In this document: in pieces, positions 12,208 to 23,615 of the stretch | Position numbering within the stretch: the stretch's first letter is position 1 | How the letters are laid out: every line of letters starts with the position of its first letter | Origin: Dimargaris cristalligena | Taxonomy: Eukaryota | DNA length: 47,298 bases | Direction of reading: 5' to 3' | NCBI GenBank assembly: GCA_003614675.1 | Contig: ML002288.1 | Span: 1 to 47,298, forward strand | Made by a program: the position numbers and the translations under genes | The notes under the pieces: generated by a model | Seen by the model: the letters and a program-made list of their open reading frames with translations, nothing else | What the model was told of the DNA's origin: nothing | Databases searched by the model: none

Positions 12208-13340
12208 ATGTCAAGCCAGTCGTCCGCTGAATCAGCGAACCCAAGCGTGTATGCCCGAGTGCCCGACCCGTTTGGCGGCTGGGATATCGCCAGCATTGCT
12301 ATCGGCGGGGTTGTATACTTTATAAATATAGCCATTTTTATTTTGGTGTTGGTCCGGAAGCGGGACTTTCTGCCTTTCCGTACCAAGAATGTCCGTCTCC
12401 TTGCCCTCCTCGAAATTTGTAAGGCCTTTACCATTTATGTATTGTCTCATACTTTTAGGGCAGATGGTCAATTATTTAGACAACACCGTCTATCCTAATG
12501 TATATCTCTCTTCTATACAGATTCTAATTACTGTATCGCTGTTGCATCTTCCTTATCCACGCCTCCCTAAACCAAATAGGCGGCCTTTGCTTTTGGACCT
12601 TTCAAATCGTGGATTTCGACACTCGTGCGGTCTTTTATTCCCGGGCAGCCTGTGTCATTTTATTTCCCTGGTTAATGTACGGGGTGGGATTACTCCTGTA
12701 CATGGTCATTGTCAACTATCGACTCTACATTTTATATTGGCTGCTGGTCCTCAAACGGCCCATGGGCGGATTTGCCTTTCACGCTATTTTCTGCCTCACC
12801 TATATCCCCACAATATTATTTCTCGTGGCAAGTTCAGCGTCCACCACATTAGTGACCACCACCCGGTTCCCCGAGACCGGGCAGTGTTTGTTTAATTTCG
12901 GCTACCGCATTTTTTTTTCCGCCGCCCTGTACTACCTGGTCGGCATCGCCGTCCTCTTGAATATCCTCCTTCGTAATATCCGTAAGACGTTCAACGAGTA
13001 TCGTGAATCCCTCGCCAGTACCTTGAGCTTCACCATCTTCGCTATTACCATTGGTGTGGCCAACGCCAAATACATTTCGGCCTACAGCTGGGGCCGGTTC
13101 GTTATGAGCATGTGCGCCCTCATTGCGGTCAATGTGTTCTTCTGGGTCACCCTGGCCCGCCCCTTGTACGCCTATTTCTTTAACCGGGACGCGTACCTGG
13201 CCGAATTCAAACAGAACCTGGCCCTCGACGGACTCGATAATTTCCAATCGTCCAATCCCTCCCGGTCCGGTGGCGGTACGCTGGTTCGCCAGTCCATGGC
13301 CATCGCGGAAGAAGAGTTGCATCACGGGGGGGGATATTAA
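12208..13340 (+). CDS. Multi-pass (7TM, GPCR-like) membrane protein, 2 exons, ~323 aa; C-terminus may extend to 13455
   Basis: Exons 12208-12418 and 12580-13340; intron GTAAGG...AATAG, frame preserved (LLEI|CGLCFWTFQIVDF). About seven hydrophobic segments; motifs LPFRTKN and NIRKTFNEYRE resemble the FNE motif of class-C-like fungal 7TM proteins. Confidence 0.75.
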
Positions 13341-13699
13341 TCCGCCTAGCTATGGGAGTAATTACCCGCAGTCCGTGTCGGAGGCTGAACTAACGACAGT
13401 CAAGTCGTTGTTCACGCCCCTAACTCCCCTGGGCGAGAAAAACTACCTGGTATAGGGTTCAGCCAGCTCCCTCCCATGATTTCGGGGCACTAATAAATCA
13501 TATATATATATATATATAACACTATCTGTTGCCTTTACGTTCGGATGACCAGCACTAGGCGGTGATGACCGCCATCTTAGCCTCTGGAACCCTTGGTTTG
13601 TGGCCGAGGCCCGGTTAGCGAATCGGTTCTGGCCTGGTGATAGGGACTTGGAGCTACCATAGGAATGTAATCGTAAATGTAGGATTACCGTAGCTATTG

Positions 13700-14390
13700 C
13701 CAAGCCCGAGGATGCTGTATCGGGTTCCACTCGCTACCTTAGTCAACAATAATCTCCTCAATTGACCGCCAAGCTTCCCGTACATGTTATTGGTACATAC
13801 CTTTTGCTCCCCTTACCCAATCGCCGTTTTATTCACCGCGCCATCTTGTTTAGGTAAGTCGGAGCTAGACAGACAGCCTCTAGGACCACTCGGCTCGTTC
13901 TAGCTATATTATACATGAATCCCAAGCATCGTTTGCGACTAATCTATCTGCATTTTTCCTTTGGGACTTTCCCTCTCGCATTGGTCTGTTTCCTAGTCCG
14001 CTTATTCGGTGAAATAGAATAGAGTTATTCCGGGTATAACCATTCACCCTGTCTCACCGCCCAATTTACCCTGCCAATAATACTGGGCACACGATTCCCT
14101 TGTAAGGTATTCTTGGGAATGCCTGTGACTATAAGTTGGTTTTAGCCCCTTTCTCGATTAAGAAACATGTGCTTTCTTTCCTTCTTATGGAATTCCGCCC
14201 ATCACTAAGCAATAGTAAAGCACTTGTCCATCCTTGGACGGAGTATGGCTCAGTCCGATTCAAGACAATATATCCATGCGCCCTCCATAAACTGCTAATC
14301 GGGAAACAGCTGGCTGATGGCGTCTCTTTCTATACAGAATTCCCATTTGTTTCCCTTTCTCTAAAAGATGGGCCCAGTGCTGGATGACTT
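13700..14390 (+). pseudogene. Decayed tandem copy A of the upstream 7TM gene
   Basis: About 14220-14350 translates LVHPWTEYG...LHKLLIGKQLADGVSFYTEF, versus ILFPWLMYG...LYWLLVLKRPMGGFAFHAIF in the intact gene. A YIPF stretch followed by a GTAAGT donor (13854) resembles the end of exon 1. Boundaries approximate. Confidence 0.45.
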
Positions 14391-15179
14391 TGTACCCACT
14401 TACATTCAGACTGTAACCCACTGTCTTAATGACTCAGTGTACTTTCTAATGTACCGTACTCGCCCAGAATAATAGAGTGATGATACTCACCCATGGACTG
14501 GGAGATGACAAGCACTTGGACTTGCCGCTTGACTCATCTCCGACTATATTCCTTGCGGGAAAGTCAGCCTCTACTAAAACCTACTTGTGGACATACCAAG
14601 AGGGCTATCAGATGGAATGCAAATATGGTAGTTAACCTTGCTAAAAGGGATTAATGTCCCTAACGGGTATTTATTATCGTCACCAGGAAACTCGCCGTTT
14701 TCGCCAAGGTTTGGGCTCACATTCCGATGGGTAATTTGGTAATGGAGGTGATATTTACATGCTTCTGTTGAATCGGGCGTCTCTTCGTGGGAAGATAAGA
14801 TCATCTCTTCTATTCCTTCAACAATGGGAAATAGGTTAACAAACTACCAGTTTCAGGTTTGGATAGTACCAGGCACCCTCTATCTCACATCTCCATTCAT
14901 GAAACTGATAGAAATACCAGTCTTCATGTGTAGGAGAGATTGGTGGGAATGCAGCCGAGGCACTATCAGTCCTGATAGAATTCTGCTTGGAACGGTAAGA
15001 CCGTCTAGGATGGATTTTTTTGAGTAGCTACCCAAGGATCATTCATAATTCGACTATCAAAGGTGCAGTCTAGTAGAGGATTGGACTGGATAAGTAAGCT
15101 AGTCGTCGTGGGTGGGGATTTAGCCCTTTACCGATCCACCAACTTACCCAACGCTATAATTGGCAGAGTTGAAATCCAT

Positions 15180-15640
15180 GGTCTTTACATGATTGTTTTA
15201 GACCCCTTTGGTAGGTGGAATGTTGCGACAACTAGGCTAGGGCATATTGCCTACCTCGTCAATGGTGTACTTGTTGACTTTGTCCTGTTTCCGCAAGAAC
15301 CATTGTCGCCTATTTTGAGCGAATAGTAGTCTTGCCCTAATAGTTGCTACTATGTTGAGTAAGCCACTTTGGCCACCCACCCCTATGGAATAATTCGGCC
15401 CTTACCTCATCCCCCTTTGGACAAGAATGGCATATCCATAGTGGTGTCACTACTTCCTCACGGCATCTTCCAAACCACTATTGAGTCATTTTATCCATCG
15501 GTTTTACTGCTCATCGAAATCAAGCGGGTTGTTTATTCAGGGTCTTTGAGTTGGGCACCTACCCCATCCATTACCTGAAGCTTACCTGCGCTATGGGCAT
15601 CTTTATTTAGTCACTAACCAGTGGCCATATACGTCCAGCC
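15180..15640 (+). pseudogene. Decayed tandem copy B of the 7TM gene
   Basis: VLDPFGRWNVATTRLGHIAYLVNGVLVDFVL versus VPDPFGGWDIASIAIGGVVYFINIAIFILVL. A GTAAG donor at 15359 lies 158 nt after the DPF codons (154 nt in the intact gene). Stops and frameshifts follow. Confidence 0.6.
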
Positions 15641-16242
15641 AGTTGGACGATACAGCGACCAGCTCCACTCATTCTAAGGTGAAATAAACTAGGACCACCA
15701 CCCCCCTTCTTCCCCCAACAGTCCTAGAGAGTAGGGTTTCGAAATAGAACTCTTGCCGACCCCCCTTTCGGGCTTGGCCCATCAATTCTTGTAATGAAAA
15801 ACCCCGTATGTTATAATCGGATAAGAGATTTCGAGCTGTGCTTTTTTAAAACATTAAGCGATGCTATTTATTCCCCCGAATGTAAGGAATCAAGTTCCAG
15901 TTTCAGGATTTATGTTGAAAATATACTATATATATATATATATAATTGATTTCATCTATTTTTCGAGTTCAAGAAACTTAATAGGTCGAAGTGGTAAAAA
16001 TATTAAAAGGTGGTTTGATAGCCTATAAGTGGTAAACTATATATATATTTTAATGTTGTCGGCTTGGATCTGGACAATGTTCATAACAGAGGCAGTAATT
16101 GTGGAATGACGTGGCAGTCAACCTACCCACAGCACCCATATAAGAGGCAACTATGGGTGGTCCCGTCTTGCTACGTTGAATACAGTGCCAAGAGTCCCTT
16201 TGGACAACCTGACACCATCGACTGCCAAATCCATAGAAGTTA

Positions 16243-17721
16243 TTAAAGATTATAATCAGGTACTCCCCAGCCCTTGGGGACATGGTCAATTGCCGTGGTC
16301 TCAACTCCGCTTGGACTGCTATAAAAGGCCCGGGCGGGCGCGACGATAAAGAGAGCGCTCTCCAAATCCAGCCATTGATAGGTTGGAATGAGGTAGGGTA
16401 CCCGGTCACTAGCCGGCTCATCTTTAAATGCCTCGGTTTCGGGCCATTGCCCTTGCAGATATTCGGCGACCGGCGCTAAGCCCATGTGATTTAGCTCGTG
16501 AATGAACAGTCGCTGATAATAACTGGCCGCCCCGCTATTATTCCCTAGGGGGGTGGAGTATTCAAAAGACACATAGTCACGTAGCCAGGCAATGTGGTCG
16601 TTCTGTTGAGCCAGGGCGGCCAGCACGGTGATAAAGCGGGCGTGTTGGCCAATACAAGCGAGTCGTTCGGACCACTGCTTATTTTTGGCGGAACTCTTGG
16701 GTCCGCCCAGCGGCCCGGCCTGGGTGAAATACGCCTGGATTTCGCTCCACTGGCCCTGTCGGTACCAATGCCACAGCCCAGCGGTGATTACCCGACTCAC
16801 CGCAATGGGTATAACGACTACCGCTTCGGCGTAATCGAGTTTACGCTCCAGGAGGGCCTGGGGGTTAAAAGGGAAGTTTGCAGGGACCCTGCCGATATTC
16901 AACGGGGTAGTTTCGCCCAGTTTCGGAACGATATAAAGTAAATCAGCTAACATGGAACCAGTGGCTTGGGCCGCCAGGGGAAACTTCAGGGCCAAAGTGG
17001 CGCTGTCCAGAGTGGCTAGGCTGATGAGGGTACGGTGATTGGCGGAATGAGAGCTAGCGGCCGTGCTATGGGTGGATGGGGGGCGGCTACTACTATTACC
17101 TCCATTTGGTGACCCGGAAGTGCTCAGACTATTCTGGCCAACGGTAGACTTTGCCGACGGTGGTTTCGAAGTGGCCGGGAAATTAACCAAATAGACATCC
17201 CAGGTCTCCAGCGGTGCCAGTGTATACCATAAATCGGAGGCCTCATTCCATTGTGCTTCGCTAGTGAGAAGTCCCCGAATACCATCTGCGTATCTATCCC
17301 AATCGGTAATAATCTAATCCGTGCAATGACGAGTTGAGGTTAGACAAAGAGAATAGTCAGTAGGTCAGTTTAATCCTGCGAATCGAGCGGCAGTTGGGAT
17401 TGGATTTAGAGTCAGTTGACCGTATGTGAGTTATTAGAATACAGGGTCCATTCGACCTACCTGGGATGCAGTGAGTTGTAAAGGGGCCGGCTGGCTACTC
17501 TTCTCGCTCCAAATAGATGGGCCAGGGCTTCCGGTTGAAAGGTTCGGTGTGCTTAACTCGCTATAGCCGGGCCCTGCCATAACTCCCAAAACTGGGGTTG
17601 AGTTGATGGCGGTGTAAGTCTCGCCCGAGCTATACAATTTAGTGGGCCAGCTGGGAGCTCCTATCGCATTCTCTCTAGCGAGAATGGCTATCCAGGCCAA
17701 TATAGTGACAGATAGTTTCAT
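16243..17721 (-). CDS. Putative secreted protein of unknown family, paralog 1, 2 exons, 443 aa
   Basis: Exon 1 17721-17461 starts with signal-peptide-like MKLSVTILAWIAILARENAIG. Intron 17460-17314 (GTAGGT...TAG). Exon 2 17313-16243 begins IITDWDRY. Colinear similarity to 28946-30553. Confidence 0.8.
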
Positions 17722-18323
17722 AGTATTGCCGTTCGAGTGACGGGGGGCTCAGGGAGAAATCGATGGCGGGCAATGCTGTGAAGGTGTAGCAATAATGGGA
17801 AAACTTCAGCACTTTGAAAAGAGAAAAATACTTATGGAAGACCAAGATATCAGTTAGTCTGATAAAAGTGGCCGAGGCGGTTAAACCAGAGTCTCCAGAT
17901 ACGGTATGTTTAAAGTAGGCGGGGTAGCAACCTTGGGGAGGTTATATTTATCATTTTATATACATTACGTGTGTAGTCTAATCCACCGATAATGGACCTT
18001 AACGAATACAGCTAGTCCCTATGAGGACTGGCTATAGACAACCAAGGCACCAGCACATTTTGGGGAAGAAGTTCCGCATCCCCCGTTCCCTTTTGCTTTA
18101 AAAGCTATCGACTACTAAGACTGTGCTAATTCAGTTCCACATCTCCTTCTAAGAGCCTAAGCGAGGCGGACCTTAGTGGTACCACCACATCGCTATGGCG
18201 GTTTTTCAATCTCCCCCCCCCCCCAAAAAGCAAGTGGGCGATAAATATTCATTGACCATTGACTCTAGAAAATTCCGTAGAAAAATCGATAGTCCTACCT
18301 CTGCGCAACATACCCATCGAACA

Positions 18324-18329
<6 letters not shown>

Positions 18330-18360
<31 letters not shown>
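18330..18360. repeat. (TA)n microsatellite
   Basis: Direct reading. Confidence 0.9.
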
Positions 18361-18364
<4 letters not shown>

Positions 18365-21300
18365 CATAATTAGCAAAATAAAAAGTCTATATTAAATTCT
18401 TTTTTGGAATAGTCAAGGGAAAGGGGGGGATAATAGAGTGAGGAAAGGGAACCCTGTATAATTGTGGGTGAAAGAGGCTGTTGGGCTTTATTCCCAGTCT
18501 CCGATAAGGCTGGTGAGGTTCATTAATATCATACCGTATAGCTCCATAGTTATCATTGATGGATTTTTGGAGTGGCCAACAAAACTATATGCTAATCTAA
18601 TTGAAAGGAATACTACGTTTATAACTGCCAAAACGATGTATGTACCAATGTGAGCTATTTATATGATGCTGCACCTAGGTGCCAAGCATGGGCATATGCC
18701 TAGAGGTCATTTACAAATCTCACACCTTCAGCAGGGTGAAAGTATTTAAAAAAATTACCGCGTCAAAACTAGTATGCTCGGGACCAGGGATTAACCCGGG
18801 ATAAGCACACTTGTACATAGAGTTTTTTGTGGGTAGTTCATCGCCCACCAGCACCAAACACGGTGCGTTTGGTATAGCGACTATGGATTTAAATACCGTG
18901 ACTTAACTGCCCGAGTCAGGTAGTCCAATACTTCGAAATGACCATACCATATATAACCGATAGCAATAACCACGAAGGTTAAGCCCTTTAGTGGAATAGG
19001 AGATCCTCCGCTGTATGCTTTAAGGTGGAATCCGGTTATGCTCTTGGTGTCTTCTCCGACCATTGTAACTAAATCCCGCCCCATTCCCTATTTTATCTAC
19101 CGACCGAGAGGGCCCAAACCAGCTGAGAGATAGCTATTTATACCACATCTTAGGGTACCGTCTGTGTCACCGCTGCGCTATTCTTTTCCAACTTTAGAAT
19201 CGAAGGAAGTCATTGATGTACCACCCCCTCACCACCCAAGTAACTGAAACCAAAATGTGGGTGCATAAAAAATAAAATAAAAACAGATCTAGAATGCAAC
19301 AATGCCAGTTTCCATTTCTTGCCTAATTGCAAGTTTATCGGTCAAATTATAGTAATGTTGGTTTGCGCGGGCTGGGATGCCTCTATACTTTCTCCAGCGC
19401 GGGTGACCCTCCTACTATACAAGTAGGTAGAATGTGGCACAAAACAGGCCCAACCGAAGTCATTTTTATACTATTTAGGTTTTATAAAAACAATAAGTTT
19501 TTGGGGGGAAGGTGGTGGTATGCAATCCTAATAACTACAGAGGTGGGACCACTATTGAGTAGTTCAGCACAACTAACCCAAAATGGCATATAATAAATTA
19601 ACCCCGACTATATGGGAAAACCCCAACTTGCTGGGCCATTCGGTTCCAGATACTTCCCCGTAAACCACCGACCCCATTATGGCCCGTACATTAAAAATGA
19701 TACGCCATGGGGGACGATCAACCTCTATCTTAAGACTGTAGATTTTCCTCTATACCATTGGTGCTTCTTTGGAAAATGAAGGGCTTCATATTCGCCATGC
19801 GCTACTATATTATAGTATACATGTGCTTTCAATTGAATCCTAATGTGTACTCTGTATACAGCGGCCAATGATATGCGAAGTTATCTAACGGTCTGTTTTT
19901 CAATAACCATAGATTAATGGCCACACGTTTCCCAGCTTGCTTCCAAACAACTACTAGGCGGCAATCCCTTTTTGGATACCCATTAATTGCTTCGCTATTT
20001 TGATTAGCCTGAAACTGAGGCTTTATTGTACTCTACATAGAGTACACTCCAGCTTATCTGTCACGTGACGCTGTCGCCGCCACTTCCCACCATTGAGCTG
20101 TAGGAAATTGTGCGGTATTTTCTGCTGACTTGGGGGTAGTAATTGACAGGCACATATTTATTGCCAAGGAACACATGGGACATGTGCGCCATTACGACAG
20201 TTTGGGCCAGTCCACCCCCTGCTGACTGCAAGCCGCAGTTTATCGCATAGCCTCTATCCAGAGAAATCGGGAAACGGATAAATAAATGATCAAATCGACG
20301 GAATTCCTGGGTGATGACGTAGAGTGCAGCTTTAAGAAAGAAAGAAAAAGGGGAAGCTAGGCTGATTAATGTGACCCTCAGCAGATATACCAAAGCGCGG
20401 AGTGCATTCGGGCACAGTCGGAGGGAAATGGGAACCCCGACGTACGTAAGCAGCTGGTAAAATGGTAAGGAAAGAGGCAACCCCACACCACAGATAAACT
20501 TATCTTCTATTCGTGCAGGAGAGGCGAGTGAGGGGGGGCCAATCCCTTCTATTCGATTTGCCGTTGGTCCACGAGCGACGCCCAATTTTGTTAGTCAGAC
20601 TGGCAGTGAATCCCAGTCTGGTTGACTAACCAGATGGCTTCTGGGCCATGAATGCCAAAGAGCTGAGCTTCTCTCTGGTGTGTGGGTCCGACAATCCCTG
20701 GGGGAAGATTGGTGGATTTCAGTCGCCTACTTCCACTGACCGGCGACTTCCATTAAGCGGAGTTTCATCGATAGGTGGATTTTCGGTGTTATTGTTATAC
20801 GGATGGGGCGCATTTCTCTGCCAGTATTATTAATAGAGGAAAGGATTATAGTTTCCTTAAGGGTGTAAATTTAGACTAGTAGCTGGGCATACTGGCGTGG
20901 CGTTTGGGGTTAAAGCTGGTTAGGGACAATCTGGTATACAAATAGATATTGCTGTTTCCGCAATAGGGGTATTGTCGTCAGTGGGCGGGGTAGTTGCTAA
21001 TCTAGCCCAGTAAACGACACGCATATGGCCCAAAGGGACGGCGGCGGGGTCGGTATGACGACGACAACAAACCTGGCAGGAATGTTTTCTTAATATCCCT
21101 TGGGCTATGTATGGGGCACTACTACAGAATGTCGGGAGGGCGGGGGTCTAACTCAAGTCTGGCCTCCTTTGACTGCTGCATGTATCCCCCAGTCACAATG
21201 ACGTTGGCCCAGGCAGCCCCATCCTACGAATTAAGGCGTGGAGGTAGCTATTGTTTGGGGGGTATTACATCAGCCCGTGAGTCCCACGCATCTGGGACAA

Positions 21301-23615
21301 GGTCATTAAGGTTTACATGCCAAAAACCCTACACGTGTTTGGCAAGATGGAAGATTTCGAGAAGGTTTGCGTAGACCCTTCGATGTCACGGGGTTACCCA
21401 AGATAACAAACCCTGCCCCGTCGAGTGCAGTAGTAACCAGGGGGGTGTCAAAGTAAGCCCGCCAAGCCGTACGTAGAGTAGTAGTAGTTGTATTGTGGCG
21501 AAATATCCTTGGCACAAACCCATGGACAAGGCGACACTCCCCTACAAGTAGATGATTGTGAGGGGGAACATGAGCTCCGACCGATAGACCAGCCGAGTCG
21601 AGTCCTCCCTCTCCTTTCTACCCCGCCCAGCTTGGGACTTGGGGCTTGGCATTGTTTCGCCGCCAATGCTGGCCGAAGGGTCGTGACTTTGAATCGTCTG
21701 TATCACCATGACGCCTTCCCGTTTTCTTTTTTGCCCCTGTTAGAGGTGCTTGGGATTATGTAAGCCAGTACAGTGGCATCCCTTTCTTTATGGACCGCCT
21801 GCATTTTCGGGTGGTTCGGCGGATGCAAAGGGACTAAAAACTATGCAGGCTGCTGGGGTAGGTAGGGTATATCTTGTTAGAATAGCCCCGATAATCGGGG
21901 TATGTGTGTTTTCCACTCTTTCCACAGGACCCGAGTTCCGCCAGCCGGCCCCGCTCGATTTATGTGGCCACGGACGATAGCGAAAAAAAAGGCGCCGGGA
22001 AAATAGAGAGGGAGAGAGAGAGAGAGGCGTAGGCTACTTTCTATCAGGTGTCCCCGCCGCTCGTTTCTTAGGCGGATGTTTTTATCGAGAAAACCCGTTT
22101 GGTGGCTATTGGCCCGAGCGGTGCCGTTGCTCTTGCTTCGGATTCTGGCACTTGGCGAATCGTTGGCGTATCGGACGGACACGGGCACCAATCACCGGCG
22201 TGCCCTTGCGGCTCCTTCATCAGCAAGGCTGAAAGATGTGCCGCGCAGAGAGTGAGAATGGGAGTGGGAAAGGGGGAGAGAAGGAAAGAGGAGAAAACCC
22301 CCCATCGGATTGCCCTGCCTACTAGAGAGACTGTATGCGTTTATTATATTCCCTCTCGCACTATGTATGCTATATGCGGTGGTGCTATATTTCCCCTCGT
22401 GGACCTATATAAAACAGTATCCCTCTCCACTCTGCGTCGCCTATTTTTCCCTTTCCTTGCTTCATCCCCGTCTCCTCTATTCTTCCTCGCAGTCCTTAAT
22501 CAACAAGGCATTCTCTTTATCCTTCTTCCTTGCGCCCAGTGGATATATACATAATACCCAACTATACAACCCACTGGTAATTCAATTCGTCCTGCTTATT
22601 CACATCCGCCTGTGTGTATATATTATATATATCTTAGCCTCTCCTGATACTGCGTTGGTTTGGTTTTAGCCCAATCCCCCTTTTCATTCACTCCCGTTCG
22701 CTTGGTTTGGGTTACCAGTTAGCTGTTTCGGCTCCCCCTGTTCTTTTGGTTGATTGGGCGTCTCCCCCCCGCTCGGTTCCAACACCCCGCCGGTTTCACC
22801 TGTTTCGCCAATTTCTGGTAAGTATATATCCCCCCGGTTTGTGAAATAATCAAATAGATATGTAAAAAAACCCCCAATAACAAGCACCCCACCACCACTA
22901 CTGTGTATTTGGGGCTACTGTGGGTTGGCTGGGATGAGCCTGGCGAGTGTTCCGTTCTGTTGGTATTATTATCTACTCACCCTCTTGGAGCCTCACATCC
23001 ATCCAATTGCTTACGAAGCGCTCCTCCTCTCCATCTTGGCTTTTAACCATGCCAAAAAACACACAGTTGTATTCTTTCTCTTCTCTCTATCTCCTGCCTT
23101 ATATATCCCTCGTATTTCACATACATTGGGCAGTTCACACCTCTTTTGCTTTCCTTCTCTCTCAACCTGCTCTAGGGTTTTTTTATCCAAGTTGGGTTGA
23201 CTTATTTATCTCTCCCTCCTCCTCCTTCACTGCGCATTATTTATACGTTGCTAATCAGACGTTGCGTTCTCTATTCCACCCTAGTTCTCTGTAGCCTTTC
23301 CATCTATCCAACGTAGAAATAGTGTGAGGGTGACCCTACCCACCATCTTATAGTAGTCTCTCCCCCCTGTTTACTGCTCCATCCTCCTTGTTTGGCCTGT
23401 CTTTGTCCCCCCCCCTCGAGCCCTCTATTTCTTGGACTTCTTCCTCTGGGTTCCTGACCCCTTGGTAAACACACCTCATCTGCGACGGCCCCCTAACTAT
23501 ATAATATTACCCCGTCCTTTTCTCCCTCTATGCTCCATCTGGTTTCCCTCTTTCCTGTTCAGGCGATCTCTCCTATTATTTCCTTATTTAGCACTATTAG
23601 CTCAACACTGCCACA

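Noticed and set aside
16487..16502. HELNH (HExxH-like zinc motif) in secreted paralog 1
   Set aside because: The aligned position in paralog 2 is QDLNN and no third ligand is evident; likely chance.
20061..20585. 174-aa minus-strand ORF
   Set aside because: Non-ATG start, no motif and no credible similarity to families in the window.
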